Shown one piece after another: positions 11,856-20,526 of a DNA stretch of 64,000 nucleotides (position 1 is the first letter of the stretch; every line of letters begins with the position of its first letter). Made by a program: the position numbers and the translations under genes. The DNA comes from an uncultured Rhodospirillaceae bacterium. Its GTDB lineage: Bacteria > Pseudomonadota > Alphaproteobacteria > Rhodospirillales > Magnetospirillaceae. The stretch lies in the NCBI GenBank assembly GCA_903901915.1, contig CAIUSV010000065.1:432-64431 (forward strand), read 5' to 3'. The notes beneath the pieces were generated by a model. The model had not been told where the DNA came from and did no database searches. It saw only the letters and a program-made list of their open reading frames with translations.

Positions 11856-13160
11856 ATGACTCCCGCCGCCCGCCTCCAGGCCGCCATCGAAGTGCTGGCC
11901 GAGATCGAAAAGTCGAGCAAGCCCGCCGATTCGGTCGCCTCGTTCTATTTCCGCAGCCGCCGCTATATCGGCGCCAAGGACCGCCGCGCCATCGCCGAGG
12001 TGGTCTGGCGGGTGCTGCGCCGACGCGCCCGCATCGACTGGTGGCTGGAGCACCTGGACCATCCCGAGCGCGACGGCGCCCGCGCCCGCGTGCTGGCCGA
12101 CATGGCGCTGGAGGGCATCCAGCCCGAGCCAGACCTGTTCCGGGGGCAGCACTCGGCCTATCCGCCCGAGCCGGGCGAGCGCCGGGTCATCGACATGATG
12201 CTGGCACTGAAGACTCCGTTTCACCGCGACATGCCGCCCCATGTGCGCGGCGAATACCCCCAATGGCTGACTCCCCGGCTGACCGCCCTGTTCGGCGAAC
12301 GGCTGGGCGACGAGATGGGTGCCATGCGCGACGAGGCCCCCCTCGACCTGCGGGTCAACGCCCTCAAGGCCAGCCGCGAGCAGGCCATGGCGGCGCTGGC
12401 GGCTGAACGCATCGTCGCCACGCCGACGCCTCATTCACCGCTGGGGCTGCGCCTCGCCGGCCGCGTTCCCCTGGTGCAGGTCCAGGCGTGGCGCGATGGC
12501 CTGGTCGAGGTCCAGGACGAAGGGTCGCAACTGGTGGCGCTGCTGACCGACGCCCGGCCGGGAATGGCGGTGGTGGATTACTGCGCCGGCGCCGGCGGCA
12601 AGACCCTGGCCCTGGCCGCCGCCATGGCCAACAAGGGCCGGCTGGTGGCCTGCGACGTCGCCGAATGGCGGGTCGACCGCGCCGGCGACCGCTTGCGCCG
12701 CGCCGGCGTCCACAACGTCACCAAGCGGGTGATCGAGGGCGAATCCGACAAATGGATCAAGCGCGCCGCCGGCAGTTTCGACCGGGTGCTGGTCGACGCG
12801 CCCTGCACCGGCACCGGCACTTGGCGCCGCAACCCCGATGCCAAATGGCAGTTGGCCGAAAACGATCTGCTGGAACTGGTCGAGCGCCAGGGGGCCATTC
12901 TGACCAGCGCGGCACGGTTGACCAAGCCGGGCGGCCGGCTGGTCTACGCCACCTGTTCGCTGCTGCCCGAGGAGAACGAGGAACGGATCGAGCGCTTCCT
13001 TGCCGTCCATCCCGACTACCGGGTGATGCCGATAACCGGGATCTGGGCGGAAACCATCGGCACCGCCTGTCCGGTGGCCGGGCCGTATCTGCGGCTGTCG
13101 CCCCTGGTTCACGGCACCGACGGCTTTTTCGCCGCGGTGATGGAGCGGGCGGCGCCCTGA
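11856..13160 (+). CDS. RsmB/NOP2/Sun family RNA m5C methyltransferase
   Basis: VQDEGSQ, DYCAGAGGKT, DAPCTGTGTWRRNP, YATCSLL, TDGFF. Confidence 0.93.
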   Translation: MTPAARLQAAIEVLAEIEKSSKPADSVASFYFRSRRYIGAKDRRAIAEVVWRVLRRRARIDWWLEHLDHPERDGARARVLADMALEGIQPEPDLFRGQHSAYPPEPGERRVIDMMLALKTPFHRDMPPHVRGEYPQWLTPRLTALFGERLGDEMGAMRDEAPLDLRVNALKASREQAMAALAAERIVATPTPHSPLGLRLAGRVPLVQVQAWRDGLVEVQDEGSQLVALLTDARPGMAVVDYCAGAGGKTLALAAAMANKGRLVACDVAEWRVDRAGDRLRRAGVHNVTKRVIEGESDKWIKRAAGSFDRVLVDAPCTGTGTWRRNPDAKWQLAENDLLELVERQGAILTSAARLTKPGGRLVYATCSLLPEENEERIERFLAVHPDYRVMPITGIWAETIGTACPVAGPYLRLSPLVHGTDGFFAAVMERAAP

Positions 13161-13164
13161 GCGC

Positions 13165-13893
13165 TCAAGCCTCCTGGGAAGACCGGCCCCGGAACCCCAT
13201 CGCGACCACATAGGTCTCGGCCGAACCCTGGCGGCTGGCCGGCGGCTTGGCGTGGCGGACGCTGGCGAAATTCGTCTTCAGCAGATCCAGCAAGGTCTTT
13301 TCGGTCCCGCCCTGGAATACCTTGGCGACAAAGGTACCGCCGGGGGTCAGCACCTCCAGGGCGAAGTCCAGCGCCACCTCGACCAAGCCGATGATGCGCA
13401 GGTGGTCGGTGGCGGGATGGCCGGTGGTGGGCGCCGCCATATCGGACAGCACCACGTCGGCGGGGCCGCCCAGCGCCTCCTTCAGCCGATCGGGGGCGTC
13501 GTCGGCGAGAAAGTCGCCCTGCAAGGTGATGGCGCCGGGGACCGGGTCCCATTCCAGGATATCGATGCCGACCACCGCCCCATTCTTGCCCCCGACCCGC
13601 TTCACCGCCACCTGAGTCCAACCGCCCGGTGCGGCACCGAGATCGACCACTTTGGCGCCGGCCTTCAGGAAATGGAAACGATCGTCCAGCTGGATCAGCT
13701 TGAAGGCGGCGCGCGACCGCCAACCCAGGCGCTTGGCCTCTTGGACATAGGGGTCGTTGAGCTGGCGTTGCAGCCACAGCGTCGACGACAGCTTGCGGCG
13801 CTTGGCGGTCTTGACCCTGACGGTCAATTGGCGCGAACCGCCCGGCGCCGACGAGCCGGTGGCGCGGTTGCCGCCGCCCTTCTTGTTGCTCAT
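13165..13893 (-). CDS. rlmE: 23S rRNA U2552 2'-O-methyltransferase
   Basis: [52 protein letters not shown]. Confidence 0.96.
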   Translation of the reverse strand: MSNKKGGGNRATGSSAPGGSRQLTVRVKTAKRRKLSSTLWLQRQLNDPYVQEAKRLGWRSRAAFKLIQLDDRFHFLKAGAKVVDLGAAPGGWTQVAVKRVGGKNGAVVGIDILEWDPVPGAITLQGDFLADDAPDRLKEALGGPADVVLSDMAAPTTGHPATDHLRIIGLVEVALDFALEVLTPGGTFVAKVFQGGTEKTLLDLLKTNFASVRHAKPPASRQGSAETYVVAMGFRGRSSQEA

Positions 13894-14129
13894 GGCCCAG
13901 CCCCCAGGCGCCGGGCGGTCGCTCCGCTCCCTGGGCTCCTCCGCTGACGCTCCGGGTCGCTCCCTGCGGGCCATGGCCCGCCCGGGCCTAAGGGCAACGC
14001 TCCCGCGCTCGGCTTCGCCTCGCTCATGGTCCAGCCCTCAGGTGCCGGGCGGTCGCTCCGCTCCCTGGGCTCCTCCGCTGACGCTCCGGGTCGCTCAACG
14101 CTCCCGCGCTCGGCTTCGCCTCGCTCATG
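13890..14129 (-). repeat. Composite repeat: 72-bp module A (13891-13962, 14025-14096; 3 mismatches) and 34-bp module B (13995-14028, 14096-14129; identical)
   Basis: Direct comparison of the sequence between the ppx stop and the rlmE start. Confidence 0.92.
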
Positions 14130-15114
14130 CTCCCCTCGCCTGACGGCCGTCGTCGCGCATCATGCCCAGCAACACGCCTTCGCGCACCCCGCGATCGGCG
14201 ACCCGGAGGCGGCCCAGCGGCCACAATCGGCACAGTGCCTCGAGAATGGCGCAGCCCGCCACCACCAGATCGGCACGTTCGGCCCCGATGCAGGGATGGG
14301 CGGCACGCTCGGCCGGGCTCATGGCGGCAAGACGGCGGGTGACGGCGGCGATATCGGCGAAGCCCAGTTCCAGCCCATCCACCTTCGAGCGGTCATAGCG
14401 CTCCAGCCCAAGATGCAGCGCCCCCAGGGTCGTCACCGTCCCCGAGGTCCCCAGCATCTGCACCAGATTACCGGTCATCAGCGAGCCGATGGTATGCAGG
14501 CTCTCGAACGGCCGGAAGGCGCGGCCGATCTGCTCCACCACCCCGGCGTAACCGGAATTGGACGCCAGTTCCGCCGCCCACTGCTCGGCCAGCGTGACCA
14601 CCCCGGTCGGAATCGACTGCACCCCCATCACCGTCTGACCGACGGGCGAATTGCGCACCCACACCAGTTCCGTCGAACCGCCGCCGATATCGAACACCAG
14701 CGCCCAGGGAACCAGCGGGTCCAGCAGCGAGGCACAGCCGGCCAGCGCCAGGCTGGCCTCCTCGCGCGAGGTGATGATGTCGGGCCGTAGGCCGGTGCGC
14801 TCGGTGATGCGGGCGGTGAACGCGGCGCCATTGGCGGCACGGCGGCAAGCCTCGGTGGCGACCAGACGAACCCGGCCCACCCGGTTGCGCTCCAGCTTCT
14901 CGGCACAGACGTCCAGCGCGTCGAGGGTGCGGGCCATCGCCGCCTCGGACAGCGAACCGGTGGCGCCCAGCCCCTCGCCCAGGCGGGTAACCCGCGAAAA
15001 CGCGTCGATCACCTTGAAACCGCGCGGCGTCGGGCGAGCCACCAGCATCCGGCAGTTATTGGTGCCGAGATCGAGGGCGGCATAAAGGGTTTCGGCGGAC
15101 GTGGCGACGCTCAA
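14125..15114 (-). CDS. ppx: Ppx/GppA family phosphatase (start uncertain; ORF open to 15231)
   Basis: YAALDLGTNNCRML, ATEACRRA, FDIGGGSTE, GTSGTVTT, RADLVVAG, DRGVREG. Confidence 0.92.
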   Translation of the reverse strand: MSVATSAETLYAALDLGTNNCRMLVARPTPRGFKVIDAFSRVTRLGEGLGATGSLSEAAMARTLDALDVCAEKLERNRVGRVRLVATEACRRAANGAAFTARITERTGLRPDIITSREEASLALAGCASLLDPLVPWALVFDIGGGSTELVWVRNSPVGQTVMGVQSIPTGVVTLAEQWAAELASNSGYAGVVEQIGRAFRPFESLHTIGSLMTGNLVQMLGTSGTVTTLGALHLGLERYDRSKVDGLELGFADIAAVTRRLAAMSPAERAAHPCIGAERADLVVAGCAILEALCRLWPLGRLRVADRGVREGVLLGMMRDDGRQARGA

Positions 15115-15273
15115 AGTCTGCTCTCTGACACCAGGAACGGTTGGGCGGGAGGGAAGGCGGCGGATGTTACCCCCATTGCCGCCGGGAAGGAAGCGTCGTG
15201 GCGTCAAGCCCCGGTCACCGCCGATCGGCACCGCGACAGGCGATCCACCACCGCGGCCGCTGGCGTCGGAGCG

Positions 15274-15708
15274 TTACTGCGGCGGCTTGTTGAGAGCGAC
15301 CCAGTACAGGCCGAGGTGGGCGACGGTATCGGCGAACTCGGCGAAGTTGAGCGGCTTGTTGACGAAGCTGTTGGCACCGCTCTCGTAGCTGCGCAGGCGA
15401 TCGCGCTCCTCGTCCGACGACGTCAGGATAACCACCGGCAGCAGCCGGGTGCTGGGCTCGGCGCGAATCCGCGCCAGCACGTCCAGCCCGCTGACCTTGG
15501 GCAGGTTGAGGTCAAGCAGCACCGCCACCGGCAGGTCATCCGCCTCGCGCCCGGCGAATTCGCCCGAGCGGAACAGATAGTCCAACGCCTGTTGGCCGTC
15601 CCGCACCACCATGACCTGATTGCCCAGATTGACCTTGCGCAAGGCCCGCAGCGCCAGCAACTCGTCCTGGCTGTTGTCTTCCACCATCAATATGGTCTTG
15701 AAGCTCAT
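15274..15708 (-). CDS. Single-domain response regulator (Rcp1-like)
   Basis: ILMVEDN, LLDLNLPKVSG, VVILTSS, GANSFVNKP. Confidence 0.93.
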   Translation of the reverse strand: MSFKTILMVEDNSQDELLALRALRKVNLGNQVMVVRDGQQALDYLFRSGEFAGREADDLPVAVLLDLNLPKVSGLDVLARIRAEPSTRLLPVVILTSSDEERDRLRSYESGANSFVNKPLNFAEFADTVAHLGLYWVALNKPPQ

Positions 15709-17372
15709 GCGCCAGCCTCCCCAATGGCGGTTTCCGCGACACCCGGAATGGAAAACCGGAAACAGGCCCCCTTGCCCACGGCGCCTTCCGCCTCGATGGC
15801 CCCACCATGGCGAACGACAATGCGCTTGACGGTGGACAGGCCGATGCCGATGCCGGGAAACTCGTCTTGACGATGCAGCCGCTGGAACGGCTCGAACAAT
15901 TTGGCGGCATGGGCCATGTCAAAGCCGGCGCCATTGTCGGCAACGCAGATGAAGGCCGTACCATCGATGGTCTGGCCAAACACCCGGATGATCGGCTCGG
16001 CCGTGTCGCGGGTATATTTCCAGGCGTTTTCCAGCAGATTGCGCAGCACCGCCTCGAGCATGCTGCGATCGCCCCGGACGACAAGGCCGGGTTCGATGTC
16101 CCATTGGACCCGCCGGCCCGGATCGGAACGCTCCAATTCCTTGCGGACGGTCGCCGCCAGGGCGGAAATCTCCACCGGCAAGCGTTGCAGCTGGCCACGG
16201 GTGGCGCGCGACAGGCGCAGCAGACCGTCGATCAACTCGCCCATATGCACGCCGCCCCTGACGATCTGGCCGAGGTAGTGCCGGGCCTCGTCGTCCAACT
16301 GCGAGCCGTAATCCTCGATCAGCGCCTCGCTGAAGCCGGTCATCGCCCGCAACGGCGCCCGCAGGTCGTGGGATACGGCGTAGGCGAAGCTGTCCAGTTC
16401 GCCGTTGGCGGCCAGCAGTTCGGCGGTCCGCTCGTCCACCCGGCGTTCCAGATCGCTGTTGAGGCGGCGGATCTCGTCCTCGGCGGCGCGACGGTCGGAA
16501 ATGTCGGTCTGGGTCCCGATCATGCGCACGGGCCGGCCGTCGGCGCCGCGTTCGACCACCTTGCCGCGATCGAGCACCCAGAGCCAACCGCCGTCACGGC
16601 CCATTCGGCGGTGCTCGTGATGGTAATAGGGGGCGTTATCGCCGAGGTGACGCTGGATCTCGGCAAGCATGCCGGGCAAATCGTCGGGATGGACCAGTCG
16701 GTTCCATTCCTCGTAACGCCCGTCGATCTCGCCGGGACCGTAGCCCAGCATGGCGCGCCATCGCGTCGAGAAGAACATGTCGCCGGTCGGAATCGTCCAG
16801 TCCCAGACACCCTGGCCGCTGCCTTCCAGCGCGAACTGCCAGCGCGCCTCGCTTTCGCGCAATTGCCGCGTGCGCTCCTCGACGGTGCGTTCCAGCCCCT
16901 CCTGGGTATGGCGCAGAATATCCTCGGCGGCGCGTAGCGACCGTTCCACCAGGCGGCGCTCCTCGACCTCGTTGCCGAGAGCGGCGTTGCTGGCGGCCAG
17001 TTGCGCGGCACTGGGCAGCGCCAGGGCACGGGGGAACAGCGGCCAAAGCGCCGCCGCAGTGGCGAACGAAACCGCGGCGGTCAGGCTTTTGACCACCACC
17101 TGGGCGCCGTATTCGGGATACCACAGCGTCCACAGGTCGGTGCCATGGCTGGAGGCGCACAGCAGAATGAACACGGCAAACGCCACCGCCACCCAGCGCA
17201 GGTACATGTCCTGGCGCTTGACGATGTAAGCGGCGATGGTGGCGCTGATCGAGCAGTAAGACAACGCGATGACGCTGTCGGATGCCGCCAACGACCAGAA
17301 CAGATCCTCACGCCACAACAGGCAAGTCCCGTGCGGGGCCAGCCCGGTAAGGTCGAACAAGCCACTCAGCAT
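15705..17372 (-). CDS. Membrane PAS sensor histidine kinase
   Basis: N-terminal TM helices, PAS/PAC, H-box YAVSHDLRAPL, N-box NLLENAWKY, DNGAGFD, GIGIGLS; overlaps the RR start. Confidence 0.93.
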   Translation of the reverse strand: MLSGLFDLTGLAPHGTCLLWREDLFWSLAASDSVIALSYCSISATIAAYIVKRQDMYLRWVAVAFAVFILLCASSHGTDLWTLWYPEYGAQVVVKSLTAAVSFATAAALWPLFPRALALPSAAQLAASNAALGNEVEERRLVERSLRAAEDILRHTQEGLERTVEERTRQLRESEARWQFALEGSGQGVWDWTIPTGDMFFSTRWRAMLGYGPGEIDGRYEEWNRLVHPDDLPGMLAEIQRHLGDNAPYYHHEHRRMGRDGGWLWVLDRGKVVERGADGRPVRMIGTQTDISDRRAAEDEIRRLNSDLERRVDERTAELLAANGELDSFAYAVSHDLRAPLRAMTGFSEALIEDYGSQLDDEARHYLGQIVRGGVHMGELIDGLLRLSRATRGQLQRLPVEISALAATVRKELERSDPGRRVQWDIEPGLVVRGDRSMLEAVLRNLLENAWKYTRDTAEPIIRVFGQTIDGTAFICVADNGAGFDMAHAAKLFEPFQRLHRQDEFPGIGIGLSTVKRIVVRHGGAIEAEGAVGKGACFRFSIPGVAETAIGEAGA

Positions 17373-17623
17373 CCGCCGCCTCCCTGAAGCTGGACGGCCG
17401 CCCCCGGTTGCCGATCGGGGCGTTTTCAGCGAGACGCCATTTCATCAGCATCCCTTGACGAACAGCATATACCTGATTTCTAACCGACGAAAAGCCGTTT
17501 GCTCCCACCCGCCGGAGCACCGCTTTTTCCGTATTCCAGGATTGATCGCCCAGGGGCGCTGTGATAGAAGGTGCGCCTCTCGGGGCTGCCCATGGCGGCG
17601 CACCGAACCACCGGCAGCCCTGG

Positions 17624-17697
17624 TGGGGGATCGTCTAACGGTAGGACAGCGGACTCTGACTCCGCCAGTCTAGGTTCGAATCCTAGTCCCCCAACCA
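17624..17697 (+). tRNA. tRNA-Gln(CUG)
   Basis: Cloverleaf: acceptor TGGGGGA/TCCCCCA, anticodon stem GCGGA-CTCTGAC-TCCGC, T-loop GGTTCGAATCC, encoded CCA. Confidence 0.97.
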
Positions 17698-17706
17698 ACT
17701 TTTTCC
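17653..17706 (+). repeat. att direct repeat, tRNA-proximal copy
   Basis: ACTCTGACTCCGCC...TCCCCCA[A]CCAACTTTTTCC matches 33257-33310 with one mismatch; begins at the anticodon loop. Confidence 0.95.
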
Positions 17707-17851
17707 AATAAATACAATGCGTTAGCAGATCGCTCTTGCGGTCGCATTGCCCAAAAAAAGCATTAGCAGTACATTAGCAGTGGTCCAACGCTGCTCATCG
17801 GCCATTTTGGCCGTGCTGCACCGCAATAAATTGGGCCGCTGCGAGGCGGAA

Positions 17852-19279
17852 ATGGGCAATGTTGTTCATATTCTCGATGGCGCTATAGCGCTGTACCAGC
17901 GTCTCTACATGGGGACGTTGACCTGGACGGCTCGCTACAAGATCAAGGGCCACAAAGGCTATGTGACCAAAACGACGGGCAAGCGCGATTTGGACGAGGC
18001 CAAGGAAGTCGCCCTCGAAAAGTTCTACGAACTGACTGCGGATCACCGTCGCGGCATTGCCATTCACAGCCGCACCTTCCAGCGGTCGGTCGATGCGTAC
18101 CTTGAAGACCTCGCTGCCGCTGTAGCGTCAGGGAAAAAGACGGCTCGGACACAACGCGATAACAAGGCCGTCATCGACCGCTATCTGCTGCCGTATTTCA
18201 AGAGCAAGGCCATCGACGCGATCAAGCAGGAGCACATTGAAGCGTATAAGATTTGGCGATTGAACTACTGGATCAGCGGGCCTGGTTCCAATGAGGAAAC
18301 GCGGGAATATATGCGTGCCGGCAGGCTCATCAAGGCCAAAATGCCGAAGAAGGCGCAGACGCAGCGCTCGGGTGAAATCCTCATTCTCAAGGCCATCTTC
18401 AAGGCGGCATTGAAGCGCAAATGGATTACGCGCGATCAAATCCCCGACATTGAGGAAGACCCCCGCGAGGATAATCGGCGGCCAGCATTTTCGCCCTCGG
18501 AATGGAATCGCGTGGAAGCGGCCATGGGGCCATATATAGAGAGTGCCAATGGCCCCGTGGTGCAGCATGACCGCAAGATGCTCTGTGGCTATATGCGGTT
18601 TTTGTTCGAAACTGGCCTGCGCCCAGGGAAAGAGCACCAGAAACTCAGGTGGGAAGATTGCGAACTAGTCGAGACCAAGGCTGAGTTTGGCACTCGCAAG
18701 ATCGCCCATATCCATGTCCGTGATGACACGAAGACAGGCAAACGGCTCGCGGTAAGCAGCGAGGACACATGGAGCGCCCTGCAATACATCAAGTCATTTT
18801 CGCCTTGGACCAAGCCCCGCGATCCTGTGTTCGCCGACAGAGCGACCGGCAAACCGATCAAGAGCTTCATCCATGGAATGGAAGCGCTGCTCAAGACGGT
18901 CGATTTGGTGACAAATCGGCATGGGGAAAAGTTCGCGCCATACAGTCTGCGCCATACCTATGCGACCGACCGCCTGATCAACGGCAGAGTGGATGTGTGG
19001 CTGTTGGCGAAGAACATGGGAACGAGCGTGGAGATGATCCGCAAGCACTACGGCCAGGACGAGCCGCAGCAGCGCTCGGAGGAACTGACCCACGATAAAC
19101 AGCAGCTTGATATGAAGACATGGATCGCCATGCTGACCGAGAACCCCGCGATGGCCGAAGCACTATTGCGGAAAGAGCCAGAAGGCCCGACCTTTGACCC
19201 TGATGCGCCCAAGGCCGAACCCGATCCCAATGTGCCGCGCAAGCCGAAGAGGTTCCGATTGAGCGATATGTTGGACTGA
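17852..19279 (+). CDS. Tyrosine integrase of the element
   Basis: Catalytic motifs FETGLRPGKE, DDTKTG, YSLRHTYAT, NMGTSVEMIRKHYG, plus an N-terminal arm/core-binding region. Confidence 0.93.
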   Translation: MGNVVHILDGAIALYQRLYMGTLTWTARYKIKGHKGYVTKTTGKRDLDEAKEVALEKFYELTADHRRGIAIHSRTFQRSVDAYLEDLAAAVASGKKTARTQRDNKAVIDRYLLPYFKSKAIDAIKQEHIEAYKIWRLNYWISGPGSNEETREYMRAGRLIKAKMPKKAQTQRSGEILILKAIFKAALKRKWITRDQIPDIEEDPREDNRRPAFSPSEWNRVEAAMGPYIESANGPVVQHDRKMLCGYMRFLFETGLRPGKEHQKLRWEDCELVETKAEFGTRKIAHIHVRDDTKTGKRLAVSSEDTWSALQYIKSFSPWTKPRDPVFADRATGKPIKSFIHGMEALLKTVDLVTNRHGEKFAPYSLRHTYATDRLINGRVDVWLLAKNMGTSVEMIRKHYGQDEPQQRSEELTHDKQQLDMKTWIAMLTENPAMAEALLRKEPEGPTFDPDAPKAEPDPNVPRKPKRFRLSDMLD

Positions 19280-19347
19280 TTTTGGTAAGGTGCTAACAAC
19301 TGGGTTGGGCCGGACAAAGAGCTGACGATAACAAGCGGAGGATAGTC

Positions 19348-19749
19348 ATGAAATATAATAAGCTTTGGACTAACAACAAAAAACAGATTATCCCCATGTT
19401 TGCGGACAAACGCATAGGGGATTTTCTGGAATCGGTGGATCGCTTTCTCCCTGGTTTTGTTGATGGTCTGCTAAAGACGTCGGCTGAGAGTCGCAGAGAA
19501 GGTTCCGTTGAAAGTGTAAAAAGATCAAACCTCGCCCTTTCTTGTGCATTTCTGACGGGGTGGCTTAGGACGGCTGATAAAATCAAAGTCCGTAAACTGC
19601 GCGATGGCAGAATTGATGACATGCCACTTCCGAGACTCTATTTTCTTTGGCATGAGCACAACAATGGAGCGCCTCTGGATTTCAATAAATTATGGGACGA
19701 ATCTTCGCTGACCGCTGATATTGCTGAAGCTATCGAACTAGAGGCGTGA
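19348..19749 (+). CDS. Hypothetical protein
   Basis: 133-aa ORF with GGAGG RBS; no recognised motif. Confidence 0.6.
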   Translation: MKYNKLWTNNKKQIIPMFADKRIGDFLESVDRFLPGFVDGLLKTSAESRREGSVESVKRSNLALSCAFLTGWLRTADKIKVRKLRDGRIDDMPLPRLYFLWHEHNNGAPLDFNKLWDESSLTADIAEAIELEA

Positions 19750-19904
19750 TCTTGTCGGGGGTGTGGCGATAGTCTGGAAGGAAATCTCCCCGATCTTTCG
19801 TCACGCTTTCGCGTTGCCACACGCCGTACACGCTTCAAAGCTTGGGCCCGTGTAGTGCGGCACTCATGAATCCAGCCCCGCTTGTATGGGGCTGGAAAAG
19901 CTTC

Positions 19905-20342
19905 TTACGCGAGCTTTTTGCCGAAACGACCTTTTGCGGCGGCCAACTGCTTGTCCAGTTCGCCAGCGACCACGGCCTCACGCAGCAGCGTCAAGGTCGG
20001 GACCAATTCGGCCACCGCGCCGACCTCGATGGCCGTCTTCTTGGGCTTCAATTCCAGCACCTTGTTGCCGTAGCGCACTTCCAGCATGAACGCGCCATTG
20101 GTTTCCTGCCAGTACCAGGGACGAAAGCGGATCAGCTTCTCCTGTAGGGTTTTCTCACCACCAGCGCCTTTCACCCAATGCCGACGACGAAGCTGAAAGC
20201 TTTCGCCGGTCTGCATCGCTTCCGCAGCAGCGATCTGCTGGTTGATGGCCTCGACCATCCGATTGCGCAACTGCCCTTCAGGCGTGCTGTTTGCCGTCCT
20301 GCGGGTGTTTTCCATCAGCTTCAGCTTGTCCAACGCGCTCAT
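19905..20342 (-). CDS. Conserved island protein (recalled as DUF6641-like)
   Basis: FRPWYW...LEVRYGNKVLEL...KTAIEVG...AVVAGELD pattern; GGAGG RBS. The family name is from memory and needs an HMM check. Confidence 0.7.
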   Translation of the reverse strand: MSALDKLKLMENTRRTANSTPEGQLRNRMVEAINQQIAAAEAMQTGESFQLRRRHWVKGAGGEKTLQEKLIRFRPWYWQETNGAFMLEVRYGNKVLELKPKKTAIEVGAVAELVPTLTLLREAVVAGELDKQLAAAKGRFGKKLA

Positions 20343-20361
20343 CTGCCAATCCTCCGAATGG

Positions 20362-20376
20362 GAACGTACTGTGAAC
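20362..20376 (-). promoter_or_regulatory. Alphaproteobacterial LexA box GTTC-N7-GTTC
   Basis: Plus strand GAAC-GTACTGT-GAAC, next to a minus-strand TATAAA -10, 20 nt upstream of the 20342 start. Confidence 0.75.
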
Positions 20377-20437
20377 AGTTTATAGCTAATCGAAAACCAT
20401 TCTCAACCGAAAGGTGGTCACGAATTGGAATGTCCAC

Positions 20438-20458
20438 GAACATACTTCAAGTATGTTC
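20438..20458. repeat. Palindromic site 1: GAACATAC-TTCAA-GTATGTTC
   Basis: Seen directly; exact reverse complement of site 3. Confidence 0.93.
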
Positions 20459-20526
20459 GTTGCGAGGCGATGCGGTTGAGGGCACAATTCCCCCGTGAAT
20501 GTCTGTGACAATTGGGGGGAAACTGA

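Noticed and set aside
20438-20458. Sites as chromosomal dif sites or LexA boxes
   Set aside because: Only the TATGTT core resembles XerD arms. The arms are symmetric with a different spacing, and the geometry (GAAC-N13-GTTC) does not fit the alphaproteobacterial or Gram-positive LexA consensus.
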